Source: Octopus vulgaris
Taxonomy: Eukaryota
NCBI GenBank assembly: GCA_951406725.2
Contig: OX597820.1
Location: 49,538,001 to 49,602,000, forward strand
Length of the DNA stretch: 64,000 nt
Direction of reading: 5' to 3'
The notes under the pieces were generated by a model. It searched no databases and was not told where the DNA came from. It was given only the letters and a program-made list of their open reading frames with translations. Below are positions 46,297-59,739 of this stretch, in pieces; the stretch's first letter is position 1; each line of letters opens with the position of its first letter. The translations under genes were made by a program, and so were the position numbers.

Positions 46297-48348
46297 CAGA
46301 GAGGGAGAGAGAGAGAGGAGTAGAAGGAATTAGAGAACGACAAAAGAGAATAATAGAAAAAGTAACTAAAGTATAGAACGAATGCGATAATAACATGAAA
46401 AATAACGAATATAAACAATATGAAAAGAAGTGAATGAATAGGAAATATAGAAAGATAATTAATGAAAGAAAAATATATGAGGAAAAATAACGAGATGATA
46501 ATTAAAAGAGAATAAAAGATTAAAGGAACAATGGAATAAAAAAAATATATAATCGTAATCAGTTAAATAGAGGAAGAATACGAATATAAAAGAAATAAAT
46601 TAATGTGAGATATAACAACACAAAAGTAAGAATAACAGAATTGCAGGTTAAAATGAATAAAAAAACAAAAAGAAACAGGACGATTGAATTGAATAAGAGA
46701 AGGAAAGAAGAAGAAAGGGGAAATATATGAATGATAGAAATAAATGTATATAAAGAATATAAATGATACAAATTTCATCGTTGTTCTTCCGAAAACAAAT
46801 TGGAGTTTCATAAGAAATTATAATTCTTTGTGCTCTCTGATTACCTTAGAATTTCTCTGTTTAAGTTTCTAATTAAGGGTTCGTTAACTTAATTATATAA
46901 TTGCGTTCCATAGATTGCATAAAGATGTTTATTATATATTATTTATTTTTGTATATACGTTAGTTGTACAACTTATACAGAAACACACGCGTTCACCCCA
47001 CAAAATGCATACACAATATAACGCACGCTTACTCTGTCACGCACATCGATCAGCGGGGTTTTTTCAGCTTCAGTGCTAAACATCGAATTAAATTATTTTG
47101 TCGTGTTTGGTTACGTTCTTAGCGTTTCTAATAAAGTTTTTATTATAGCTATCATTAATTCATGGAGACTGAAAAAACAGTTTCTTTTTTTTTTTTAGTA
47201 AATTACAGCTGTTTATTTTTTCGGGACGTATGCGACCCGATTATCTTAAGCAAATGTCTTGCAGAGTCCATCTACTTCCAACACCCATGTCTACTGGGCC
47301 ACCGATGATGCAACGATTTTAACGAAAAATTAGGATACTTAAATTTGACGCGTGTGTCGAACACGGGAGAGAGTAGAAAGGGAGAGAGTGCAAGGGAGTA
47401 GCTGATAGGTATTTGAATTCCTCTCTACGATTGATACGATTGAACTGAAATTGACCCCTGGTTATTAAAATCCACCCCCACATACACATTTGTTTTAGGT
47501 CTTCTTCTACCCATTTGAGTTCGGCCATACACCAGATAACATGTTAAGTCTTATATTCTGAAATTTAAATTTTGAATTTGTTTTAATTATAAAATTACAC
47601 CTCAGCTAAAAAACATCTTTTTGCTTTCGAAAACAACCTTTTCTTTCTCTTTCTATATTTTTTGTTAAGTTAGAATTTCTCTGTTTTGGTCAGGATTTTT
47701 CCAATTTCTTTTTTCTTGTATCAAGTAATGGACGAAAGCATTTAAAAAAAAATTAAACTCATAGAACCGAACAAAATCAAAAATATTAATTCTATTTTTT
47801 CCTTTACTCTCACTATATAATTAATTACCGTATCCTATATACTGTGTCCTTGCGTATTAGGTGAGTATTTCAGAAATATTTTCCCCTTTTAAACAAAAAC
47901 TGTCTAATACATTCGTATATGTTTTTCAATTGAAACGCTCTGAATCATTTTGGAGATTTATTTTTTTAATAACAAGTTTTAAAATATGGATAATCGCATG
48001 AGGGACACAGCATGAGAGCGTTAGTGTAGAAGGAGAGAACGGTTGAGCAAGGAACAGCGAGTGAAAATAAGGAATCAAAATCGCGCGAGGATAAGACAGG
48101 GAAGAAACGAAATAAGCCAAGAGGAGAGGGAGCGTATCCTACCGCATAGGAGGAAAGAAATCAGCAAAAGATAGAACAAATGAGCCAGGACCAAAAAGAA
48201 GTGTATTTTCAAAATAAGAGAGTTAGAGATCAACGAAATTGAGAACACATGAGTCAAGAGCAAAGGCAGCAGTACTTAGAAAATATGAGAAACAGAGTTG
48301 GATCTCTCTCGGCATACCAGCAAAGCACAAAATCGCTCCAAGACCGTC

Positions 48349-48383
<35 letters not shown>

Positions 48384-48446
48384 TGTATGTATGTATGTAT
48401 GTATGTATGTATATATATATATATATACACATATATGTATGATTGT

Positions 48447-49035
48447 ATAATAATAATAATAATTCCCTGATGCAATACCAGGCAGTGGCTCTCATGGCTT
48501 CTCATTTTTACAGATTGGAAGTGTTATCATGTATATTATTTTGTCTTGGTGTAAAAGATGGGCTACAGCAAATATTCTGCTCAATACCACAGATTTTCTT
48601 GTCAGTTGTTTGACCTTAACCAGTTGATCATGTCCCTTAGTGGCTGACTATAGGTGCATCTCTGACCTCGAGCAGAAGTAGTGGAGGAGCATCATAACCA
48701 TGTGTTGAAAGGAATTCTTAGAGGTTTGGATAATTCCCCTTTGGAAACATGGGTGTTTCATTCAACATTCTTAAACAACCCTTATTCAGGGACATTTTGA
48801 GTGGGATAGGCTACTCGACCTGAAAAAATTTCTAACTGGGCCCCACATGCAGGGTCTTACGCTGTTAATATTGATATAAGATAACTATGTCGCGTACTTA
48901 TGGTTGTAATGCATGTGCCTGGTGTATCCTTATCAGACGGGTAGTCATGATGGATAAACTGGGCTGCGTATATTTTATCCCAGTGTCACTTTGATGGCAT
49001 GCACTGCTCTCTCGCTCAGTAATAATGATAATAAT
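48447..49035. mobile_element. Unclassified ~570-bp element between (AAT)n tracts, with an inverted copy of its left end at 49315-49385
   Basis: CCCTGATGCAATACCAGGCAGTGGCTCTCATGGCTTC vs GAAGCTATGAGAGCCATTGTCTGGCACTGCATCAGGG. Confidence 0.6.
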
Positions 49036-49310
49036 GAGGAAAGTAAAAGAAACTAAGATTACAATACCGGAAGATGCATGCATAAGTGACAAAAAAGTAG
49101 AAAAGATACGAAAATAAAGACTACGAGAAGACGAAATTGCAAGAATGTGGACTATGAGGAGAGTGTCTGTCATTCCAGTAGTTGTAGGGACACTCGGAGC
49201 TCTAATAACGAAGTTCGAGAAATATGTCATAGAAATGGGAACACATATGAGAACAGAGCAAGCCCCGAAACTTCTCTGTTGGGGCAGCTAGGATTTTGAG
49301 ATTTGTAATA
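49036..49310 (+). mobile_element. R4/Dong-like endonuclease C-terminal fragment
   Basis: IPEDACISDKKVEKI...EIARMWTMRRVSVIPVVVGTLGAL. Confidence 0.7.
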
Positions 49311-49380
49311 CCGGTTATTACGCTTCCAGTCAGTTAAGATCAGAAGCTATGAGAGCCATTGTCTGGCACTGCATCAGGGC

Positions 49381-49429
<49 letters not shown>

Positions 49430-49454
49430 GTCATTATTATTATTATTATTATTA

Positions 49455-49766
49455 TTGAGGTAACTCCTCCAGAAGATATAGAGTCAAAATTAAAAGAAGA
49501 GTGCCATTGTCATCTAGTGAACGATATTTCGACATCTTGTGTGTCTTCAACAGGTTCAAAAACTAATTTTGTCAATCTACTTCATTTTGGTTAATATATA
49601 AAAGGACTGATGTATCTCCCCCAGAAGATATCGAGTTACCTCAATCCTTTATATATTAACCAAAATGAAGTTGATTGACAAAATTAGTTTTTGAACCTGT
49701 TGAAGACACACTAGATGTCGAAATATCGTTCACTCGATGACAATGGCACTCTTTTAATTTTGACTC

Positions 49767-49769
<3 letters not shown>
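49455..49769. mobile_element. Fold-back element in (ATT)n with an HHR-like motif in each arm (49692-49732 +, 49518-49558 -)
   Basis: UGAAC-CUGUUGA-A-GACA(7 nt)UGUC-GAAA-UA-UC-GUUCA; 5-bp stem I, palindromic stem III AUAU, A6U core change. Confidence 0.75.
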
Positions 49770-49817
<48 letters not shown>

Positions 49818-49818
<1 letters not shown>

Positions 49819-50250
49819 CACACAACAGATTAGACAGCTAGAAAAGAAAAAATTCCTAACATCGGGTTTCAACAAGTAATCTTAGATGCCAAAAACCCTC
49901 CTAAGTATCCTAGCTGTCTCCAATAACACTGTTTTCTGGAGCTGTACTAAACTGGGTTTTATGCCTATTTCCTCTATCCGACTGTTCAAATATTTAGAGA
50001 TAGTTCCTAATGCACCTATAACTACTGGGATACATTTTACCCTCACTTTCCATAGTCTCTGTAATTCAATGGCTAGGTCCTGGTACTTTGCTATTTTTTC
50101 TATATCTCTCATACTGAATTTTTCATCATTTGGGATTGTAAAGTCATTTATCTGGCACTTTCATTTCTCTTTATCTACTACTACAAAATCAGGCCTTCTA
50201 GCTTCTCTTACGCAGTCAGTCTGAATGTTAACATCTTCCAACATCTTGCA
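49818..50250 (-). mobile_element. R4/Dong-like LINE 3' end abutting (TAA)n
   Basis: ORF 49882-50112 EKIAKYQDLAIELQRLWKVRVKCIPVVIGALGT...LQKTVLL; upstream RPD motif; 3' end runs into TAA repeats, the known Dong target. Confidence 0.85.
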
Positions 50251-50258
50251 ACATCTAA

Positions 50259-50630
50259 TTATTGTTACCTCCGCCTTAGCGAAGGCGGATGTATTGTTTT
50301 CAATCGTGTTTGTTTGTTTGTTTGTCCATGGACAAGTTATCTCAAGAACCGCTGGATGAATTCGGATGAAACTTTCAGGATGTTTGGCCCCGTAACTGAT
50401 TAGATTTTGGGATCAAATCGGTACCGGACAAGGATTCTGGATTATCCCCCCACCACAACTTTTTTTAACTTAATTTTTGAGAGCGGTTGGATTCATTTTT
50501 AGTATTCTCGTTTGTGAGAGCAGTCGAGTTTATATTTCAGATATTTTCATTTTAGAAATCATATCCAGCTAATCGTTGAGAGGGCGTTGGTGTTGCCTTG
50601 GCGAAAGTTTGCACTTTGGGTGATCTTATT
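50259..50630 (+). mobile_element. Helentron-associated (DINE-1/HINE-like) element
   Basis: TTACCTCCGCCTTAGCGAAGGCGGATGT hairpin, (GTTT)n tract, 3' CCTTGGCG...; homologous to 16351. Confidence 0.65.
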
Positions 50631-50695
50631 TTCTTTTTATCACAGGTTTTGTTGGAACACCTGCAGCCTACGTTACCTTGCTATCCGTTCTTTTC

Positions 50696-50960
50696 AGCTA
50701 TCTAATAATCTACTAATTATTCCGGCCGTACCAAGGAGGCACATTTTTTGTAACATTTCTACTGGGCACTCTATTCCAACTTCTTTTACATTCCTCTTAA
50801 TGCTTTCTAATACTGTTCCCAATAGCTGGCACTATCTTCACCCGCTTCCTTTTCCATAGTCGGGCTATTTTGAACTTAAGATGGTTGTATTTATCTATTG
50901 TTTCGCCTTCCTTCTTGACTGTTCGTGGGTCAAAGGGACACGCAACATCATGTCTGTTAA
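50696..50960 (-). mobile_element. R4/Dong-like endonuclease C-terminal fragment
   Basis: KEGETIDKYNHLKFKIARLW...VEMLQKMCLLGTAGII. Confidence 0.7.
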
Positions 50961-51598
50961 CCACCTTTTTTGAACTTACTGCTCTTGCCTGGTCGTTTAA
51001 CCGTTGCTCACTTATTTCGAAAAGTCCTATTTCAATTCATTTTGCTTTCATGCTTTGTCGGAATCCCCTTCAATTGTGTTCACTTGTGATACAGCATTCA
51101 ATTACCGTTCGGTTTGCGTCCTTATCCCACCTTCATCTCTGCTTCTGGTTTTGTGTATAAGCAGTCTCTGGATAACGACCGGGCCTGAGCTGCCGGGTGA
51201 AAGACTTTCACCTTTGGTTCCATCTTCATCAACACCGTTATCTGATACATTTGTATTAGTCACTTTCACTCAACAGTCAGCTTTGTGTTTTAAGGTTAGC
51301 CACCAACCGGTATTGTTATCGAGACACCATCTCTTGTAAGACAATCAGCCAAGGCTGCAGAGCTCTTACTATCCATAAGCTGGGCATGTTCCCTTCGCAT
51401 TTCTGTGCGTTGGAGACCGTGATCATGATTATGACTAGGAGGTGAACATCCCGTATTTTCATCCAAATATTGTTCCAGAGTTAAGTCCCGATTCGCACTT
51501 CATTCGCCTTCCTCCCAGGCATGGAGCCGTTGGACACTGACAGGTGTCACCACTGTGACTAAGGAGTCCTATCTACACCAATTATGATTATGATTATG

Positions 51599-51632
<34 letters not shown>

Positions 51633-53139
51633 GTTTAGCACAAGGCTACAAATTTTGAGGGGAGGGTGAAGTTGATTATATTGACCATAGTAATTAACTA
51701 GTACTTTATTTTATCGACACTGAGAGGGTTAAAACTAAAGCAAAGCCAGCTTGCACTACGTTTGAACTCGGAAATGAAATGCAAATAAAATGAAAAACCG
51801 CAACGGAAGAGATGAAATGACAATGAATATTCAAAATGGATTATGCACAAAATGCGAAATAGTAACTGACCTAACTGACCTAATCGAAACCGTGCAATCT
51901 GAGTACCGAGTAAACCGAGGTACAACTAGCTGAATATACGTGCATGTATATGTGTATGTACATGCATACATGTATAGTGGCCTGTTGGAGATTCCTCGAC
52001 GTATTCCTCGACCTCAATGCAAACGCTGTTTCGTATATTCCCTGAAGCTCGATTAATCCGTCCTTTCTCACATATCTAAACGCATGAAATCTGCTTACCA
52101 CACCAATATAAATAGATTATCGGCCATTTTATGAAATATTATTCGCAACAATAACATCAACTTTTATATTACATTTATAGCAAACATTAACAACATCAAC
52201 TACAACGTTATTGACAACGCAACAATATTATCATCAATAAAGCAACACTAACAACGATGCTATAAAAAGAAATAAATAGAGAATATGAACAACAGAATAA
52301 AGCAACTTCACTATCGTTACTACTATAACACACCCACCAACAACGTCTGTAATAACATCAGCAAATAAACAATAAGAAACACAGAAATAAAAAATACATT
52401 AACTACCGTAAGAACAATCATAACATCAGGAACATCAAGAGTATCAACTATGAACAACAACAATAACAACTACAATAACATCAAAAATAACGACGGTAAG
52501 AGCAACAATAAGAACATCGACAGCGTTGACTTCAAGGAATTTCCACGCGGTTGCTTGATTTCCGTGTATTAGAAACCGACTCTCCCCCAGATCATATCAC
52601 ATTGTCTTAAAAGGGGGGGATAGGACACAATCGATAACGTAATCCTGCATGCAACCTGCAAAAAAAAAACAAAACAAAAGAAAACAAAATACTATTAAAT
52701 ACTCTGACATCTGAGACAACAACGGTAATAACAGCAACAATACTAACACAAATAATAACAGTAAACTCCATCAATGTTCATAAAACATCTACATCATAGA
52801 TTATTACATCAGTTCTGCCTGCACCCTAAATATTTCCGAATCGAATTACAACAATCTATCAGGAACACAAAATGGCGCACTTTGTACCATCACATGATGT
52901 CCACAGTCACAGGTGACGTCCATAGATGATTTACATAAAAAACATCAGACACCATAAAATTAACAACCCGTAGGATATGTGAAAGGAACACTTTGTTGGT
53001 TCTTGATATGCAATTTATTCACCAAAATACTAGCAAAAGCTATAGATGCATTGCACCCTGGTGTGTCAATATAACTTTGGGAATTTGGGTTTTCAACTCT
53101 GTTGCACATGAAAATGAAGCAACAGAGTAGATTATAGTG

Positions 53140-53518
53140 CAGTTCTATATTTAAGAGATGAGGAATTATGTACATTATTTACATTATTTACATTCGACGG
53201 ATATTTGTCCTCATCTTGTTTGTTGTTAACACAACGTTTCGGCTGATATACCCTCCTACTCTCTTCAGGTGTCTTGAGGAAATTTCGAACCTGAGTTCTC
53301 ATTCCTAAGGTATTTTTCCGTGTTATTATTATTAATATTATTATTATTATTATTGTTTAGGTCACTACTTGGAATCGAACTCGGATTCCTGGGGTTAGTA
53401 GTCCGCGCTCTTAACCACTACGCCACGGGCATATTGGCGTAGTGGTTAAGAGCGCAAGCTACTAACCCCAATATTCCGAGTTCGATTCCAAGCAGTGACC
53501 TGAACAATAACAAATATG

Positions 53519-53561
<43 letters not shown>

Positions 53562-53719
53562 CAACAACAACAACAACATCGAAAATTACCTTAGGAATGA
53601 GAACCCAGGTTCGTAATTTCCCCAAGACATATGAAGAAGGTTGGAGGGTATAGCAGCCGAAACGCTGTTTTATCAACAAACACGATGAGGACAAATATCC
53701 GTCGAATGTAAATAATGTA
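53140..53719. mobile_element. Head-to-head pair of tRNA-headed HHR elements
   Basis: Left copy on minus (53140-53425), right copy on plus (53427-53719), junction CTACGCCA-CGGGCATAT-TGGCGTAG; both homologous to 17890-18171. Confidence 0.9.
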
Positions 53720-54451
53720 GTTTATAGTAACTTGCTATAAATAATTCAAGTGATTAAGCAACGGAATTCTTACATTCTCTCCATTGCCTGTAGTTCATGG
53801 TCACAGCAGAAAAAAATGGGAAAAGGTGTTGGCCCGGAGTACGGTGTGGGAAATGCACAGGAACAGCCAATCTGACTCACAGGGCTCGCACTTACGGATA
53901 GAGTCACACGTCGTAGAATGAAACACAAAAATTATCTTCTTTGTATTCTTTGAGGCACTCCTCTTTCTATCCAAAAATTGGCGAAGGAAGAAAAAAACAA
54001 CAACAAACAATTAATAGCAAGTTGCTCATTGATTGCATTCTTCATCGAAATATAATGAATTACATAAAAATTCCTTCTTTTGAAGTTTTTGTCTATTACA
54101 ATATGCTTTAGTAACTTTACCTTGTTGAGTAATTAGTTACGAATATTTCGAAATAAAAAAATATGCTTCACACGTACATTTAAGCGGCTGCAACAAAGAA
54201 GAAAAAACTTCTACCACTACTTGTAGTAAACACCACCACCATCACTACTACTACTACTACTACTGCTGCTGACATGGGGCGACAAATATCAAAAGGTTTC
54301 TAGGTGTTTAGAGAAGTTGTGATATTTCTTAGAAATGAATACTTAAGTTTCAAAAGGAAATAAAAAAAAAACATGTCGAAATTAAATTATAAGACTTTGT
54401 ATTATCAATGGGCAGAAACAGGACTGACGATGCATCAAGGCGCAATATATA

Positions 54452-54911
54452 TTGGGTCATCCCATAATTAATACGGTATTTTCAATTGCATGTACTAAAA
54501 GTCGGAGGGGCACGTGGTAAACTACCTGCGTCAACTTGCTATAAAGTAAATAGTAATTTTACCTTGATCTCCCATCAAAACAATACTCGGCCACATACAG
54601 CGAGGATGACATTGCAAAGGCTGGAGCAGTTTGAAGGGGAAACGATGTCCCACCCACCATATTCGCTGAACATTGCCTGATTTAATTATTATTTATTTTG
54701 CAGTCTTCAAAATCATTTGGACGGAAAAAAATATGAATTCTGCAGACAAGTGAACTTTGGAAGAGGGACCTTGCAAGTCTACCAGATTGATAGAAGAGCA
54801 GTGTAGAAAATGAACGAGAGTATATTTTAGATTTAAAAAGAACTTTGTTTATCATAATTTTGAAAAATAAGAGAAGTATAAAAAAACCGCATTATTTATG
54901 GGATGACCCAA
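54452..54911 (+). mobile_element. Internally deleted mariner element
   Basis: TIRs TTGGGTCATCCCATAA / TTATGGGATGACCCAA, TA TSD; HQNNTRPHTAR...HPPYSLNIA resembles HDNARPH...HPPYSPDLAP. Confidence 0.9.
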
Positions 54912-55869
54912 TATATTTCATTATATAAGTTCTCGACTTGTTAGATAATTTCTATAAAATATCAATATGATTAGCACTAGTCCACAAAAATACTGAGTGC
55001 GACAAAAACTTATATTCACCGCTCTTGATAAACGCTTGAACAATCGAGCGGTGTGCGTCGGTCAAACTATAATAGCAGTCTAAAATAAAAACACACAAAG
55101 AAATAACAAAAATAATTTAAAAACCGGTAAAAGAGTAACTGATATTGAAACATTTATAAAAGAATGGTGAATGTGACATCTTTTCTTTTTTGTCACACTT
55201 TGTATTTAAAACTGACGACATAATATGTATTTCACTTCAGATATAAGATAGTATCACGAAATATACTACTGTGCAAAATTAGCTTTGTTTGATCAAAATA
55301 ATTTGTATTTCTTTTAAGCATGGATACAGGGGTTTCTAAATGATAGTCTGTGAAAGGTGATGCTGAACTACAAAAGACCGAGAACCCATGGTTGAGACAA
55401 ATATGGAAATCCTATGAATACGATAAAGTTACAGCGTTAAAACAAACTCCATTTTTCTTACACCCTTACATAAACGAACACCCAACGCCAAACAGTTCTA
55501 TGATATTGTCATGGAATTTTCCTCTATGACACAAAGGTTGTTCCTTGCTGTCTTCCGTTAGACCACAACCAATTCTAAGAAGATTAAGAATGACAGAAAA
55601 AACATGAAAGAAGAAGAAGAAGAAGAAGATATTGGACTCAGTACTTTGTTGATATTTGTCTCTAAAGTTTTTATAAAGCAAAGTTGACTTCGAAGAGATT
55701 TGAACGCATACTCAGCCTAACCAAACACTGTATATAACTATAAAAGATGAAAGTATCTGCTGTTTAGATTCGTGATCCGAATTTAAACTTCTGCCATCAT
55801 AAAACCAACAATCAAAGAAAGAATTTATGTTATTACTTTTAATCATTAAATTCCACACAACAACAAAAA

Positions 55870-56460
55870 TAACGGTTTCAAAATTTGGCAGAGAGCCAAC
55901 TATTTCAGGAGCGGGTGAAAGTCGATTGAACCGACGCCCAATGTTCAACAGGTAGCTATTTTATCCATTCCGAAAGAATGAAAGGCAAAGGAGACTTTGA
56001 AATCAGCGGAATTTGAACCCAAAACGTAAAGACGAGTGAAATGCCGCTAAGTATTTCGACCGGCATGCTAATGATTCATATTTCTTTGTTGCCCACAAGG
56101 GGACAAACAAGGACAGGCAAAGGGATTAAGTCGATTACATCGACCTCAGTGCGTAACTGGGACTTAATTTTTCGACCCCGAAAGGATGAAAGGCAAAGTC
56201 GACCTCGGCGGAATTTGAACTCAGAACGTAACGGAATTTGAACTCAGAACTGCTAAGCATTTCGCCCGGCCTGCTAACGATTCTACCAGCTCACCAACAT
56301 TAATAATGGTTTCAAATTTTAGCACAAGGCCAGCAAGGTCAAAGGAGATGTCTAGTTAATTATATCGACCTTGTGCTCAACTGCGAAAGGAGGAAAGACA
56401 AAGTTGACCTCGGCGGAATTCGACCTCAGAACGTTAAGAATCGGAACAAGTAGTGCAAAG
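55870..56460 (-). mobile_element. Nested/tandem SINE family B copies
   Basis: Repeated GAAAGGCAAAGTCGACCTCGGCGGAATTTGAACTCAG motifs. Confidence 0.85.
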
Positions 56461-57089
56461 TATTTCTTTCGACGCTCAAAGGAACAGGTAACTAGACCAA
56501 ACACATTCTTCTGAATTAGGCGACTCCATTAGCAACACAGTAATTAAGATCTATACAATGCAGATCATTAAATTCATAGTTGTTGACAAAAAATAAAATA
56601 AAACAGGTATTTTTTCAGAAAATAGTACACCTTCAAATTTTTCTCTCCAAATTCAGAATTTTAAAAATATAATTGGAAAAAAATTTACAAATTCACAAAT
56701 TTAAAAAAAAAATACTTAATTTCTACGTAGGTGGAATTTATCCCTTGAGGGTAAATTTATTCCAGCTCGGGAAATTCTACTTTAGATCAAAAATTTTTTT
56801 ACTTTGATCAAATTGTGCGATGTGTGAAATTTCAGGATTCTAGGGAAAAATTTGGGGATTCCAGTGGGAAAATAGCTTTTAAGTTAAAAAAAAATTCTAT
56901 ATCATGATTCGCATTGATTTCGCTTGATTCATGTTTGCATAATATTGATTTTAAGTATGTTAATGTTAAATTAAGATGTTAAGTAACAAATTGTCTTGTA
57001 TAGAAGATTACTTTTTTCTTATCGCATATGGGGGTAAAATTAGGATGATGAACTGATAAGAAAAAGAACGATACAGAGAATATATATAT

Positions 57090-57440
57090 ATCAATAATAA
57101 TAAAGGGTAAAATTAATTAATTAATTAATTAATAATTAATAATTTTACCAAGTAGTTCGGTATGTTAAAAGAACCATTATCGGTAAATTTAAACACATTT
57201 TTTTATATTTATGAGTATAATTAGGTTTCAGCAAAAAATTTTCTTCACCACATACCGAAAGTCAGAAATAGCAGTTAAAACTAGTTATTTCTCTACCATA
57301 AGAAAATCTCCCAGACAACAATACTCAACAACCCACGCAGGCAAAGAGAAAAAATAACGAGAAATAGCTAGTTTTAACTGCTATTTCTTGGTATGTGCTG
57401 AACCCTAATTATAATTATACTCATAATTATAAAAATTTAT
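57090..57440. mobile_element. Fold-back element in (TA)n, same family as 12961-13320 in opposite orientation
   Basis: Arms AGAAATAGCAGTTAAAACTAGTTATTTCTC / GAGAAATAGCTAGTTTTAACTGCTATTTCT with ~65-bp spacer; shared CTTCACCACATACCGAAA and terminal sequence. Confidence 0.75.
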
Positions 57441-57839
57441 ATATATATACATATATATGTAAGAGGGCGAGTAAAAACCGTTTCGATAGTTATCTCAGTA
57501 CCATATCTTGGCTCCACAGAAAAACAATAGCACTGGAGGAGTAACAAAAACAGTAAAACTAGATAAAATTCTTCAAGATGTTGCTCCGTCTGTCAGAATT
57601 AGCAGCCAGATCTCACTCAAACCACAGCCTAGCAAATGAAATAATTTGAAGGCTCTACTACTAAAAGTGCATAGATCACATAAATTTTCGCGTGGTGTAT
57701 GCATATTTTTAAACATTTAAGATCTTTAATCGGGAAATATGTTATAACAGTTAGAAAATAAATATAGTTTGTCAAACCTAGAGCACCCTTAATCATTGTT
57801 CAGCTAGTTCAAAATAGACATGGGTTTAAACATCAACAG

Positions 57840-57986
57840 GCCGGATTCCCAAAGTGATAGAAACGCTGGACCGGTGTATTGCCTCACAAGGTGACTATTT
57901 TGAAGGAGATGACGTCAAAACTTAGGTATATGAATTAATATTTTATTAAACATTACTAGTTCAGGAACTTTTTCCTATCACCTTGT
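57840..57986 (+). mobile_element. mariner transposase 3' remnant
   Basis: KRW.RCIASQGDYFEGD-like end followed by TIR-like GGAACTTTTTCCTATCACCTTGT. Confidence 0.65.
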
Positions 57987-58059
57987 GTTTTCTCCATCAT
58001 GTGGTCCTGGGTACCATCATACTACTTATTGGCATCTTCAGGAAGTTTTTCTTTGCCAC

Positions 58060-58490
58060 AGCAGGTGTTGCAGTGTGGCTAAGATGTCCTCTTTGCAACC
58101 ACGTGATTTCAGGCTCATCGCCACTGCGCGGCACCTTAAGTACGTACCTTCAACTATAACCCCAGGCTGACTTATGAGTGAATTTAGTGGACGATAACTG
58201 CGCGAACCTCGTCGTATACATACAGACACACACACAGACACGCAGACATTTATGTATGTGTGTGTGTGATTATGCGTATTTTTGTGTTTGCTCACCCAAA
58301 ACGGTGTTGGTTTGTTTATGCCCTGTAACTTACCGGTTCAGCAAGAGAGAACAATAGAATAAGTACCAGCCTTGTTTTGGTAGTTTCTTTTTTTGTTTTA
58401 AATATGAACAAGGATTGATTTATTCGGCTAAAACATTGAAGGCGTTGGTGCCCCAGCATGGCTACAGTTCAATAACTGAACCAAAACGAG
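58060..58490 (+). mobile_element. Degenerate SINE family A
   Basis: CCACTGCGCGGCACCTT...AATAAGTACCAG...CCCCAGCATGGCTACAG. Confidence 0.7.
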
Positions 58491-59103
58491 CATTTATGAT
58501 AATTTCTTTGTCATAGATATTTGGTAAATGGAAATTGCGTAGAAGCTCTTGGGATGGACTATACCTGTAACTCATTTAATCAGCCTTGTCACATTTCAGT
58601 GGCTCTCATACAACATGAGAATTATATCAAGTCTATACTTGTCTGAGGTATATTCAACCACTTACATTGTTATTCAAATAGTTGGCTGTTGAGTTGAGCT
58701 GATCTAACAACTGCAGTTTTCACTCACCGTAGAAACCGATGAAAACCCATTTACTTTCAAAGCGGATGAGAGAGATAGGGGGGAGAGAGAGAGACAGACA
58801 GAAAACATGTTGAAAGAGAGAAAAAAAGGTGCTTCTGTTAATAAAAAAACTGAAGAAATGCAGTCAGAGAGAGAGAGAGAGAGAGAAAGAAAGAGAACAA
58901 GAATGTTTGAGAGAGAGAGAGAGAGAGGGGAAGATAGCAGTAAAAGTGAAAGACAGAAAGAGTGATAGAAAGACAGAAAGAGTGATAGGGGGAGTGAACG
59001 CAAAAGTGAATAGTGGTAGGAGTAATAAAGAAATAGTAAGAGATCTCAGGGAGGGGTAGGATGCAATCTGCAATGTGTTTTTGTTACAATAAAAAATGTA
59101 GCA

Positions 59104-59168
<65 letters not shown>

Positions 59169-59576
59169 GAGAGAAAGAGAGGAGAGATATAGGGAGATCA
59201 GAAGCATTATGAATGCTGAGTGCACCCGTTTTGTTGCAATAAAATGCTGCGAGGCAGAGAGAGAAAGAATAAAGGAATGAGAAAAAAGAAAAAGAAAGAG
59301 AGGGAGAAAGAGAGAGAGAGAGAGAGAGAGAGTGAGAGGAAAGCATGTGTGTGTGTGTATGTGTGTGAGCGTGTGTGTGTGTGTGTCTGTGTGTATGAGA
59401 CAGTGTTAATGAAGATGAGGAAAGATGTAAGGAGAAAATGAAAGGCTGATAGAGTAAGCGGAATACATAATGCAGTGTGCAGTGTTGATGCAGTTGCAAT
59501 AAATTACAGCAGTGCATAGTGTTTGTGTATGGGTGTATGAGTGTTCGTGTCCGTGTGTGTGCGTGTCCGTGTGTGT

Positions 59577-59624
<48 letters not shown>

Positions 59625-59739
59625 GTGCGTGTGTGTCTATGAGATGCGGTGTGCACCGAAGGGATGTAGATGCGGTATTGCAGTTCTGAATGGAATGAAT
59701 GCTTGCTTTGCTAAAGTGCAGCACTATAAAGAACGAGAA

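Noticed and set aside
58728-58753. Possible 26-nt minus-strand micro-exon (polypyrimidine-AG ... ACG|GTGAGT)
   Set aside because: Splice-like signals arise easily beside CT repeats; no supporting evidence.
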